DNA from: Candidatus Fervidifonticultor secundus
GTDB taxonomy: Bacteria; Sysuimicrobiota; Sysuimicrobiia; Sysuimicrobiales; Humicultoraceae
DNA length: 64,000 nt
Reading direction: 5' to 3'
Assembly (NCBI GenBank): GCA_031459385.1
Contig: JAVKIP010000002.1
Span: 96,355-160,354 of the forward strand
In this document: positions 41,502 through 50,056 of the stretch, in pieces
Numbering within the stretch: position 1 is the first letter of the stretch
Layout: the number at the start of each line of letters is the position of its first letter
Translations under genes and position numbers: made by a program
Notes under the pieces: model-generated
Told to the model about the DNA's origin: nothing
The model's input: only the letters and a program-made list of their open reading frames with translations
The model's database searches: none

Positions 41502-42763
41502 TGAGGATGCCGAACGCCGCCAGGGAGGCCGTTATCGTCGACGCGGTTCGCACTCCGATCGGCCGCTACGGTGGCGCCTTGAAGGACGTGCGGGCGGATG
41601 ACCTGGCGGCCACGGTCATCCAGGCCCTCGTACGCCGGACGAATCTCGATCCGTCCTGGATCGAGGACGTCATCCTGGGGTGTACGAACCAGGCCGGTGA
41701 GGACAACCGCAACGTGGCCCGCATGGCCGTGCTGCTCGCCGGGTTGCCGGTCGGCGTCGCGGGCCAGACCGTCAATCGCCTGTGTGGGTCGGGCCTCCAG
41801 GCCGTGGTGGCGGCGGCGCACGCGATCTGGGCCGGGGAGGGAGAGGTCTTCATCGCTGGGGGAGTCGAGTCCATGACCCGCGCCCCGCTGGTGATGGCCA
41901 AGCCCACCGAGGGGTTCCCCCGGGGCGACGTGCGCATGTACGACAGCACCATTGGCTGGCGGTTCGTGAACCCCCGGCTGGCCGAGATGTACCCGCCGTA
42001 CAGCATGGGCGAGACGGCGGAGAACGTGGCCGCCCAGTACGGCATCACGCGCGAAGAGCAGGACGCGTTTGCACTGGAGAGCCAGCGGCGGACGGCTGCG
42101 GCCATCGCCGCGGGGTGCTTCAAGGACGAGATCGTGCCTGTCGTGATCCCGCAGCCCCGTGGGGACCCCATGGTGGTCGAGGCCGACGAGCACCCCAGGC
42201 CGACCACGACCCGCGAAGCGCTGGCGAAGCTGCAGCCGGCGTTCCGCAAAGACGGCACAGTCACCGCCGGCAACGCGTCGGGCATCAACGACGGCGCAGC
42301 CGCGCTCCTGGTAATGGAGGCTCGCCGCGCCGAGGCCCTGGGAATGTCGCCGCTGGCCCGCATCGTGGCCAGCGCGGTCGCGGGTGTTGACCCCGCGATC
42401 ATGGGCATCGGCCCGGTGCCGGCGACGCGCAAGGTCCTGGAGCGCGCCCGCCTGCGTATCGAAGATCTGGATGTCGTCGAGCTCAATGAGGCGTTCGCCG
42501 CGCAGGTGCTGGCGTGCGCGCGGGACCTGGGGATCCCCCTGGAGAAGCTCAACCCCAACGGCGGTGCGATCGCGCTGGGACACCCCCTGGGATGCAGCGG
42601 GGCGCGGCTGGTCGTCACTCTCGTCCATGAACTGCGGCGGCGGCGCGGACGGTACGGGCTCGCCACCATGTGCATCGGCGTGGGGCAGGGGATTGCGATG
42701 ATCGTCGAGCGGCAGGACGGCACCACGCCCTCGCCCCCCGGGAGGGTATATGCCGCTGACTGA
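41501..42763 (+). CDS. paaJ: Beta-ketoacyl-CoA thiolase (PaaJ/PcaF-like)
   Basis: [43 protein letters not shown] overlap with paaH. Confidence 0.8.
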   Translation: MRMPNAAREAVIVDAVRTPIGRYGGALKDVRADDLAATVIQALVRRTNLDPSWIEDVILGCTNQAGEDNRNVARMAVLLAGLPVGVAGQTVNRLCGSGLQAVVAAAHAIWAGEGEVFIAGGVESMTRAPLVMAKPTEGFPRGDVRMYDSTIGWRFVNPRLAEMYPPYSMGETAENVAAQYGITREEQDAFALESQRRTAAAIAAGCFKDEIVPVVIPQPRGDPMVVEADEHPRPTTTREALAKLQPAFRKDGTVTAGNASGINDGAAALLVMEARRAEALGMSPLARIVASAVAGVDPAIMGIGPVPATRKVLERARLRIEDLDVVELNEAFAAQVLACARDLGIPLEKLNPNGGAIALGHPLGCSGARLVVTLVHELRRRRGRYGLATMCIGVGQGIAMIVERQDGTTPSPPGRVYAAD

Positions 42764-42947
42764 CAGGCACGGCCGGGTCATCACGCCGGGCGTGCGCGTA
42801 CGGGTCGAGGGCCTCGAGGGCACGGTGAGCCGGCTCGAACCCCAGTATGGCGTGTTCACGATCGTCATCGAGGAGCGCACGGGCAAGAAGGAGCGCATGG
42901 TGCGCGCGGCGGACGCCGAGGTGGTGACTCCGGGCAGTGCCGGCTGA
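42750..42947 (+). CDS. Small hypothetical protein (65 aa, beta-rich, SH3/KOW-like)
   Basis: RBS GGAGG before ATG, overlaps the thiolase stop, GC3-rich codons. Confidence 0.6.
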   Translation: MPLTDRHGRVITPGVRVRVEGLEGTVSRLEPQYGVFTIVIEERTGKKERMVRAADAEVVTPGSAG

Positions 42948-42977
42948 GGCCGGTCTTGCGCGGTATCGGGGGCCAGG

Positions 42978-43427
42978 TTACTGCTGGCGTGCGTACCGGG
43001 CGAGGTGCCCTGAGACCAGCGCCCGGAGCTCCGCCGGGTCGGCCTCCCGGTCCAGCACACGGTCCCGTGGGACCACCAGCGGGACGCGCAGCGAGAATGC
43101 CCCTGTGAGGGTCACCACGACGCTCCGTGCGGTCTCGCTGACCTCGACGTGAGCCCCCGGGGTCGCCCGGGTGGCCTCGTCCTCGACCAGGCGTCGAAAC
43201 TCGTCCAGCCCCGCGTAGGAGTGGAGCACCTCCAGTGCGCGGTCCCGGGCCTCGTCCGGATCGCGCCCCCGGATGGGCGCGCGCAGGTACTGCTGGTCGG
43301 TGCGTCCCCGCCTGTGGCCTTCCCAGATGCGGATCTCGTACCGGCCGTCGCTCCTGGGTCCTTCGAGCTGTAGCACGAAGGCGCGCCCGAGCACGGTCAC
43401 GGACTCTTCCCATCGGCGATATCGCAC
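42978..43427 (-). CDS. Hypothetical protein (about 149 aa)
   Basis: Globular-looking translation; GGAAGG before GTG 43427. Confidence 0.6.
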   Translation of the reverse strand: MRYRRWEESVTVLGRAFVLQLEGPRSDGRYEIRIWEGHRRGRTDQQYLRAPIRGRDPDEARDRALEVLHSYAGLDEFRRLVEDEATRATPGAHVEVSETARSVVVTLTGAFSLRVPLVVPRDRVLDREADPAELRALVSGHLARYARQQ

Positions 43428-43541
43428 CAGGCCTACCTTCCACGTGAACGGTGGAGGCCCCTGCGAGGGCGCGCGTCCGTGCCCAGGCGTAGAGCGAAAC
43501 GCCGGCGGCGCGCGCCACGGCCAGGCAGCGCGACCTGCATG

Positions 43542-43569
43542 ATTTAACATAACGAACATTATGCGAAGT
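43542..43569 (-). other. dif: dif site (XerC/XerD chromosome dimer resolution)
   Basis: Minus strand ACTTCGCATAA-TGTTCG-TTATGTTAAAT: 11-6-11 layout with the canonical XerD arm. Confidence 0.9.
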
Positions 43570-43658
43570 AATTCTGTAGCGGCTTAATGGGATGCCTGCG
43601 ACTGCGGAACCCAGGCCCATGGCCGCCGGGCCCGGTACAGTACGGCCTGCCGTCCGCC

Positions 43659-43698
43659 CGAACACGTGTTTGCACTTTCCCGGGCCGGCTGCTATCAT
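43659..43698 (+). promoter_or_regulatory. LexA (Cheo-type) SOS box overlapping the lexA promoter
   Basis: CGAAC-ACGT-GTTTG at 43659; TTGCAC(43670)-17 bp-TATCAT(43693) with extended TG. Confidence 0.8.
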
Positions 43699-43732
43699 GA
43701 ACACCGGCACGACACCCGCCGGAGGCAACGTC

Positions 43733-44344
43733 ATGGCGGCACGACTTACACGGCGCCAGGCAGACATCCTGACATTCGTGAAACGCTACACGGAGACCCA
43801 CGGGTATCCGCCCTCGGTGCGCGAGATCGGGCAGGCCATGGGCCTCACGAGCAGCTCCACAGTGCACAGCCACCTCGCCGCGCTCGAGCGCAAGGGCTAC
43901 CTCCGTCGCGACCCCAGCAAGCCCCGCGCCCTGGAGATCCTCGAGGAGGGTGGCCGGCCGGCCCGAAAGGTCGTCGCGGTGCCCGTGGTGGGCCGTGTGG
44001 CCGCGGGGGCCCCGCTGCTCGCGGAAGAGAACATCGAGGACCATCTGCCGCTGCCGGCCGATCTCGTGGACGGCGATGAGACCTTCGCGCTCCGCGTGTC
44101 GGGCGACAGCATGATCGAGGCAGGCATTTTCGACGGTGACCTCGTCATCGTGCGCCGGCAGGCCACGGCCAACAACGGCGACATCGTCGTGGCGCGTCTC
44201 GGTGACGAAGCGACCGTGAAGTACTTCTACAGAGAGAAAGACCGCATCCGGCTCCAGCCGGCCAATGCAGCGATGGAGCCGACCTACGCCAGGGACCTGG
44301 TCATCGAGGGGAAAGCGATCGCCGTGCTGCGCCGCCTGCGGTGA
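43733..44344 (+). CDS. lexA: SOS repressor LexA
   Basis: [18 protein letters not shown] cleavage site, GDSM Ser, TVK Lys; RBS GGAGG. Confidence 0.96.
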   Translation: MAARLTRRQADILTFVKRYTETHGYPPSVREIGQAMGLTSSSTVHSHLAALERKGYLRRDPSKPRALEILEEGGRPARKVVAVPVVGRVAAGAPLLAEENIEDHLPLPADLVDGDETFALRVSGDSMIEAGIFDGDLVIVRRQATANNGDIVVARLGDEATVKYFYREKDRIRLQPANAAMEPTYARDLVIEGKAIAVLRRLR

Positions 44345-46103
44345 GCGCGCGGAGCTGTACCGCCACCGGGCCGGGGAGTTCCGCGACCACCACCACGCCC
44401 TGGTCATCGTAGTCTTCGGCCAGGACCCGTCCGTCCCGATAGACCTGGGCCAGGAGGCGTGCGTCGCGGTAGGGAATCCGTAGCCGCACGCGTAGCCAGG
44501 GCTCGGGAAGCCGGTGCGCCAGCGCCTGGAGCAGCTGGTCGAGCCCCTGCCGTCGCGCAGCCGAGATGATCACCGCGTCGGGCCGGGCCTCGGCCAGCGC
44601 CCGCACGGCTGCGGCGTCCAGGAGATCGGCTTTGTTGAACACCAGGAGCACGGGGTGATCCCCCGCGCCGATCTCCGCCAGCACCTCGTGCACCACGGCG
44701 GCCTGCGCCGGCCAGTCGGGGTGGCTGGCATCCACGACGTGTACCAGCAGGTCCGCCGCGGTGACCTCTTCCAGCGTGGCGCGGAAGGCGGCCACGAGCT
44801 GCGTCGGGAGCTGCTGGATGAATCCCACCGTGTCGGCCAGCACCACCTGGCGGCGGTTGGGCAATACCAGGCGGCGCACCATCGGGTCCAGCGTGGCGAA
44901 CAGCCGGTTCTCGACGAAGGCGCCGGCGCCCGTGAGCGCATTCAGCAGCGTGGACTTGCCGGCGTTCGTGTACCCCACGAGGGCCACCTGGGACACGCCG
45001 GCCTGGCGGCGGGGCGCACGCTGGCGCGCACGATGGCGGCGGATGAGCTCGATCTCGCGCTGGAGCTCGGTGATGCGCTGGCGGATGCGGCGGCGGTCCA
45101 GCTCGAGCTTCGTCTCGCCCGGTCCGCGCGTGCCGATGCCGCCGCCGAGCCGCGACAGCCAGACGCCGCGCCCGGCCAGGCGAGGCAGCATGTACTGCAG
45201 CTGCGCCAGCTCGACCTGCAGGCGCCCTTCGCGGGTGCGCGCCCGCTGCGCGAAGATGTCCAGGACCAGGGCCGTCCGGTCCAGGACCTTCATGTTGAGC
45301 TCGCGCTCCAACGTGCGCTGCTGGGCTGGGGTGAGTTCCTCGTTGACGATCACCAGGCTGGCCGCGTGCTGCTCGCCGGCGCGAACGACCGTGTCCACCT
45401 TTCCGCGGCCGATGAACGTGGCCGGATCCGGGGTGGACCGGCGCTGGATGACGGTGGCCACCGGGTGGGCCCCGGCGGTTTCCGCCAGGCGGGCGAGTTC
45501 GCGGAGCGCGCGCTCGGCGCCACCGTGCCGATCCAGGGCCACGAGCACCGCGCGCTCCTGCCGCGCGGCCCCCGTGGGCGTGGGGCCCTGTCGGCGCCGG
45601 GCCGCCGAGGCGGCCCGGATGCGCGGGGCCAGGTCCAGGTGGGCCAGGGCGTCGGGGCTGTACGGCCCTTCAGCAGCCCAGGCAGCACCGCCGTTGCCAG
45701 GCGCCGGCGCGAGGACCCAGAGTTCGGTCGGCACGCCCCGCGCGACGCCCCCGGTGACCACCAAGTCCAGGGTGAGGTCGTCCAGCACGCGCTGGTCGCC
45801 CTCATCCGGGCGACCGTCTGGATGGGGGTGGACCTCCACGTAACGCAGGCCCGTGCCATCTCGGCCGGCCCGGTGCATCGCCTCGTCGACCAGCGGCTGC
45901 CATCGCCGGCTGACCACCACATGTCCAATCACCCCGTGGCGGTCGACGAACACCCCTACCTCACGGCGCAGCGCGTGCGCCAGGTGGGCCAGGATCTGGA
46001 CGAGTTCAGGGTGCGCGAGGCGCTCCTGCGGCACGCGCCGGCGGGCCAGCGCCTCGAGCATCTGCCGGTGCGTGGGTTGGATGCGGCGCGGGAGGCCGAG
46101 CAC
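44301..46103 (-). CDS. hflX: GTPase HflX with long N-terminal extension
   Basis: [37 protein letters not shown]. Confidence 0.93.
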   Translation of the reverse strand: MLGLPRRIQPTHRQMLEALARRRVPQERLAHPELVQILAHLAHALRREVGVFVDRHGVIGHVVVSRRWQPLVDEAMHRAGRDGTGLRYVEVHPHPDGRPDEGDQRVLDDLTLDLVVTGGVARGVPTELWVLAPAPGNGGAAWAAEGPYSPDALAHLDLAPRIRAASAARRRQGPTPTGAARQERAVLVALDRHGGAERALRELARLAETAGAHPVATVIQRRSTPDPATFIGRGKVDTVVRAGEQHAASLVIVNEELTPAQQRTLERELNMKVLDRTALVLDIFAQRARTREGRLQVELAQLQYMLPRLAGRGVWLSRLGGGIGTRGPGETKLELDRRRIRQRITELQREIELIRRHRARQRAPRRQAGVSQVALVGYTNAGKSTLLNALTGAGAFVENRLFATLDPMVRRLVLPNRRQVVLADTVGFIQQLPTQLVAAFRATLEEVTAADLLVHVVDASHPDWPAQAAVVHEVLAEIGAGDHPVLLVFNKADLLDAAAVRALAEARPDAVIISAARRQGLDQLLQALAHRLPEPWLRVRLRIPYRDARLLAQVYRDGRVLAEDYDDQGVVVVAELPGPVAVQLRALTAGGAARRSLSPR

Positions 46104-46166
46104 CGTACCGCTCAGGGTCCCCCTCCTCCACCACGCGCGTTCAGGTGCCTGCCGGGCGGCAGAGGA

Positions 46167-47348
46167 TCACGCATACGCACGTTGGATCCGTCCCAGGGCC
46201 TCATCCAGTCGCGCATCGGGGGTGGTCAGCGATAGGCGCACGTACCCCTCGCCCGACGCACCGTACCCCGGCCCCGGAGTGATGACCACGCCCGTGCGCG
46301 CGAGCACCTCCGCGCAGAACGCCGCTGCCGACTGCCCCCCAGGCGTGGGCATCCAGATGTAGAGCGTGCCCTTGGGCGTCGGTGGCTGCCAGCCGACCTC
46401 GCGCAGCGCGGCGACCACGCGGTCGCGCCGGGCACGGTAGACAGAGAGCGTCTGCGCGACGCTGTCCTGCGGGCCGCGCAGAGCAGCGATGGCTGCCGCC
46501 TGCACGGCCGTGAACACGCCTGAATCGACGTTGGTCTTCACCGTTCCCAGCGCCTCGACGGCCTCGGGGCTGCCGACCGCGAAGCCCACGCGCCAGCCCG
46601 TCATGTTGTACGTCTTGGACAGCGAGTGGAGCTCGATGGCACACTCCATGGCGCCGTCGACCTGGAGGATGCTGGGCGCGATGTAGCCATCGAAGGTGAT
46701 TTCGGAGTACGCGTTGTCGTGGATCACCAGCAACCCCCACCGCCGCGCGAAGGCTACGGCCTCGGTAAAGAACTCCAGCGTCGCCACCGCCCCCGTGGGG
46801 TTGTTGGGGTAGTTCAGGAACAGCAGGCGGGCCCGGCGCAGGATCTCCACCGGGATCTCATCCAGCGCCGGGAGGAAACCGCGCTCGGACCGCAGCGGCA
46901 CGGCATACGGCTCGCCCTCGGCCATGATCGTGGCCGACCGGTAGACCGGATAGCCGGGATCCGGGATCAACGCTCCATCGCCGGGGTTCAGCAGCGCCCA
47001 TGGGAGGTGAGCCAGACCCTCCTTGGACCCGATCAGGGCCAGTACCTGCCGTTGCGGGTCCAACGTGACGCCGAAGCGGCCCGCGAACCACTCGGCGACA
47101 GCCTGGCGAAACTCCTTGGTGCCACGGTACGGCGGGTAGCGATGAGTACCGGGATCGCGCGCGGCGCGTTGCAGCGCCTCGACGATGTGTGGCGGGGTCG
47201 GCAGATCGGGGTCGCCCACGCCGAGATTGATCACGTCCACGCCCCGCGCCTGCAACTCGTCCTGCTTGCGGTCGAGGTCGGCAAACAGATACGCGCCGAT
47301 GCGCTGGAGCCGCTGCGACTGCACGCTCCTCACCTGTGGTGCTGCCAT
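46167..47348 (-). CDS. dapL: LL-diaminopimelate aminotransferase
   Basis: YLFA, LGVGDPD, IGSKEG, NYPNNPTG, DNAYSE, SLSKTYNMTGWR, KTNVDSG. Confidence 0.85.
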   Translation of the reverse strand: MAAPQVRSVQSQRLQRIGAYLFADLDRKQDELQARGVDVINLGVGDPDLPTPPHIVEALQRAARDPGTHRYPPYRGTKEFRQAVAEWFAGRFGVTLDPQRQVLALIGSKEGLAHLPWALLNPGDGALIPDPGYPVYRSATIMAEGEPYAVPLRSERGFLPALDEIPVEILRRARLLFLNYPNNPTGAVATLEFFTEAVAFARRWGLLVIHDNAYSEITFDGYIAPSILQVDGAMECAIELHSLSKTYNMTGWRVGFAVGSPEAVEALGTVKTNVDSGVFTAVQAAAIAALRGPQDSVAQTLSVYRARRDRVVAALREVGWQPPTPKGTLYIWMPTPGGQSAAAFCAEVLARTGVVITPGPGYGASGEGYVRLSLTTPDARLDEALGRIQRAYA

Positions 47349-48289
47349 TCTCGCCTCCCCGGAACTGCGTGCTCCGTCTCCATGATAGCATGGACGCGCG
47401 GCAGCAGGACGTGCGGCTCTACGCCGGTGGCGTCGACCCACCGGATGCGTGTATCCTTGCGAAACCAGGTGAGCTGGCGCTTTGCATATCGCCGCGTGTT
47501 GCGCTTGAGGAGGCGCACCGCGTCGGCGTAGTCGTAGTGCCCCTGAAGGTATCCGGCGAGCTCTTTGTAGCCCAGCCCCTGCATGGCCGGCGCGTCCAGC
47601 GGCACGCCGTGCGCCAGCAGCTGCCGGGTCTCCTCCAGCAGGCCGGCCGCCAGCTGCTCGTCCACGCGCGTCTCAATGCGCCGGTAGAGGTCTGCGCGCG
47701 CGCGCCAGATCCCGACGAGGACCACCGCGGCCGGCTCACCCCGGTGCTGCTGGGAGGAGATCGGCCGTCCGGTCGCCAGGCACACTTCCAGCGCGCGGAC
47801 GACCCGCCGGACGTTGTGCGGGTGGATGCGCGACGCCGCCACCGGGTCGAGCGCCTGCAGCTGCCCATGCAGCGCCTCGGGGCCCCGCGTTCGTGCTACC
47901 GCTTCCAGGCGTGCGCGCAGGACAGGGTCGGGCGCTACCGCGGGGATACGCAGGTCGTCGACGACGGCGCGGATGTAGAGGCCGGTGCCGCCCACGAGCA
48001 GGGGCTGCTTGCCACGCCGGCGGATGTCAGCGATGGCCGCGTGCGCCAGCCGCTGGAACTGCGCGACGGTGAACGTCTCCTGCGGATCTACCACGTCCAG
48101 CAGGTGGTGGGGGACCGCCGCGCGCGCTGCGGCCGACGGCTTGGCCGTTCCGATGTCCATGCCGCGATAGACGGTGCGCGAGTCGGCGCACACGATCTCG
48201 GCGTCGAGGTGCTGTGCAAGCGCCACGGCCAGGGCGGTCTTGCCGACCGCAGTGGGGCCGCACAGCACAGCTAGCGGTCGGGCAGGCAC
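47330..48289 (-). CDS. miaA: tRNA dimethylallyltransferase
   Basis: GPTAVGKT, DSRTVYRGMDIGTAK, GGTGLY, YAKRQLTWF. Confidence 0.95.
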   Translation of the reverse strand: MPARPLAVLCGPTAVGKTALAVALAQHLDAEIVCADSRTVYRGMDIGTAKPSAAARAAVPHHLLDVVDPQETFTVAQFQRLAHAAIADIRRRGKQPLLVGGTGLYIRAVVDDLRIPAVAPDPVLRARLEAVARTRGPEALHGQLQALDPVAASRIHPHNVRRVVRALEVCLATGRPISSQQHRGEPAAVVLVGIWRARADLYRRIETRVDEQLAAGLLEETRQLLAHGVPLDAPAMQGLGYKELAGYLQGHYDYADAVRLLKRNTRRYAKRQLTWFRKDTRIRWVDATGVEPHVLLPRVHAIMETEHAVPGRREWQHHR

Positions 48290-48321
48290 GCCGCGCTGTC
48301 CACCCCTCGGCCAGGCCGCGG

Positions 48322-50040
48322 TCAGGTTCGGAGGAACCACCGCTCAAGCTGCGCGCGCGGGACCGCCACGATCGTCGGCCGCCCGTGGAAGCACGTGTAC
48401 GGGTCTTCCGCCGCCGCGAGGTCGGCCAGCAGAGTCGCCATGGCCTCGTGCGTCAACCGGTCGCCCGCTCGGATGGCCACGTGGCACGCCGTGGCGATGG
48501 CCAGACGGTCGAGCGGATCCTCCCCTGCCCCCTCGCCGGCCAACGCGGCGATCGCCCGGCGCAGCAGGTCGTCACAGCGGCCGTCGGGCGCCACCGCGGG
48601 CACGGCGCGCAGGAGGGCCGTGCCGGTACCGAAAGGTTCCACATCGTACCCGAGCTGCGCCAGCTGATCCCGGTATCCCGCGATCAGACTCAGCTCTCCA
48701 GGCGTGACGTCCACGGGCAGGGGCATGGCCAGCACCTGGCTGGCCACGCCACCGCGGACGCGGGCAGCACGCAGCCGCTCGAACAACACGCGCTCGTGGG
48801 CGGCGTGCTGGTCTACCAGGTACAACCCGTCAGGTCCCTCGGCCACGATATAAGTGCCCAGGACCTGCCCGACCGGTCGTAGGGTCGGCAGACGCGGCTC
48901 CGCGAGGCGGGGGTAGGCGCCTGCGGCCTCGCGAGCGGCGAGCTCGAGCGCCGGCAGACCGGGGGGCAACTCCACCGGCGCCGGCTCCGGCAGGGGCCCC
49001 GCGGCGGATGCCGGAGCGGCGGGCACGACGCCAGGGGTGATCTGGCGGATCAGCGGCGAGGTCAGCAGCGCGCGGCGGACGGCGCCGGCTACGACGCCGA
49101 ACAGTCGCCCGTCGTCCCGAAACCGTACCTCCAGCTTGCGCGGGTGGACGTTGACGTCCACGAGCGCCGGGTCCACGTCGAGAAAGAGTACGAAGGCCGG
49201 GAAGCGTCCCACCGGGAGGAGCTGGGCGAACCCCTGTTCTACCGCCCGGCGCAGCGTTGCGTGGTGCACGGGGCGCCCGTTGACGAACACGTGCTGCGCG
49301 GTGCGGGATGGCCGATGGTACTGCGGGTGCTGCAGCCACCCACGGGCCAGCCCGCCGGGCAGTGCCGCCTGTACCTCGATCACCTCGGCGGCGTCGCGGG
49401 CTCCCAGCGCGCCGGCCGCCCGGTCGGCCAGCGACGTCCGTGGCCAGACCGCCGGCGTCCGCCCGTCGAAGGCGAGCCGGAAGGCAACGTGGGGCGCCGC
49501 CAGGGCCGCGTTGAGGACCGCCTCCGCGATCAGGGCCTGCTCGCGGGCAGGTGACTTGAGGAACTTCAGACGCGCAGGCGTCGTGTGGAACAGGTGGCGC
49601 ACTTCCACCGTGGTGCCCGGGGGCGCGCCGTGCGGCTCCACCGACTGCACGCTCCCACCCACGACGACCGCCCGGACGGCCACGGGTGCATCCGGGACCC
49701 GGGTCGTCAGCGTGACGTGGGCCACGGCGGCGATGCTGGGCAGGGCCTCGCCACGGAACCCGTAGGACCGCACGCTGTCGAGGTCCTCCAGTCGGGTGAT
49801 CTTGCTGGTCGCAAAGCGCTGGAACGCCAGCGCCACATCCTCGGCCGCGATCCCACCGCCGTCGTCGCTGACCCGAATCAGGCGCAGCCCCGCCCCCTCC
49901 ACATCGACGGTCACGGTGCGCGCGCCCGCGTCCAGGGCGTTCTCCACCAGCTCCTTGACCACAGACGCGGGCCGTTCCACCACCTCGCCGGCGGCGATGC
50001 GGACTGCAACCGACCGCTCCAGAATGCGAATACGGGTCAC
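48322..50040 (-). CDS. mutL: DNA mismatch repair endonuclease MutL
   Basis: IAAGEVVERPASVVKELVENALDA, GFRGEAL, DQHAAHER, ACH, CFHGRP. Confidence 0.96.
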   Translation of the reverse strand: MTRIRILERSVAVRIAAGEVVERPASVVKELVENALDAGARTVTVDVEGAGLRLIRVSDDGGGIAAEDVALAFQRFATSKITRLEDLDSVRSYGFRGEALPSIAAVAHVTLTTRVPDAPVAVRAVVVGGSVQSVEPHGAPPGTTVEVRHLFHTTPARLKFLKSPAREQALIAEAVLNAALAAPHVAFRLAFDGRTPAVWPRTSLADRAAGALGARDAAEVIEVQAALPGGLARGWLQHPQYHRPSRTAQHVFVNGRPVHHATLRRAVEQGFAQLLPVGRFPAFVLFLDVDPALVDVNVHPRKLEVRFRDDGRLFGVVAGAVRRALLTSPLIRQITPGVVPAAPASAAGPLPEPAPVELPPGLPALELAAREAAGAYPRLAEPRLPTLRPVGQVLGTYIVAEGPDGLYLVDQHAAHERVLFERLRAARVRGGVASQVLAMPLPVDVTPGELSLIAGYRDQLAQLGYDVEPFGTGTALLRAVPAVAPDGRCDDLLRRAIAALAGEGAGEDPLDRLAIATACHVAIRAGDRLTHEAMATLLADLAAAEDPYTCFHGRPTIVAVPRAQLERWFLRT

Positions 50041-50056
50041 CGGCCGCTCCCCGCCC

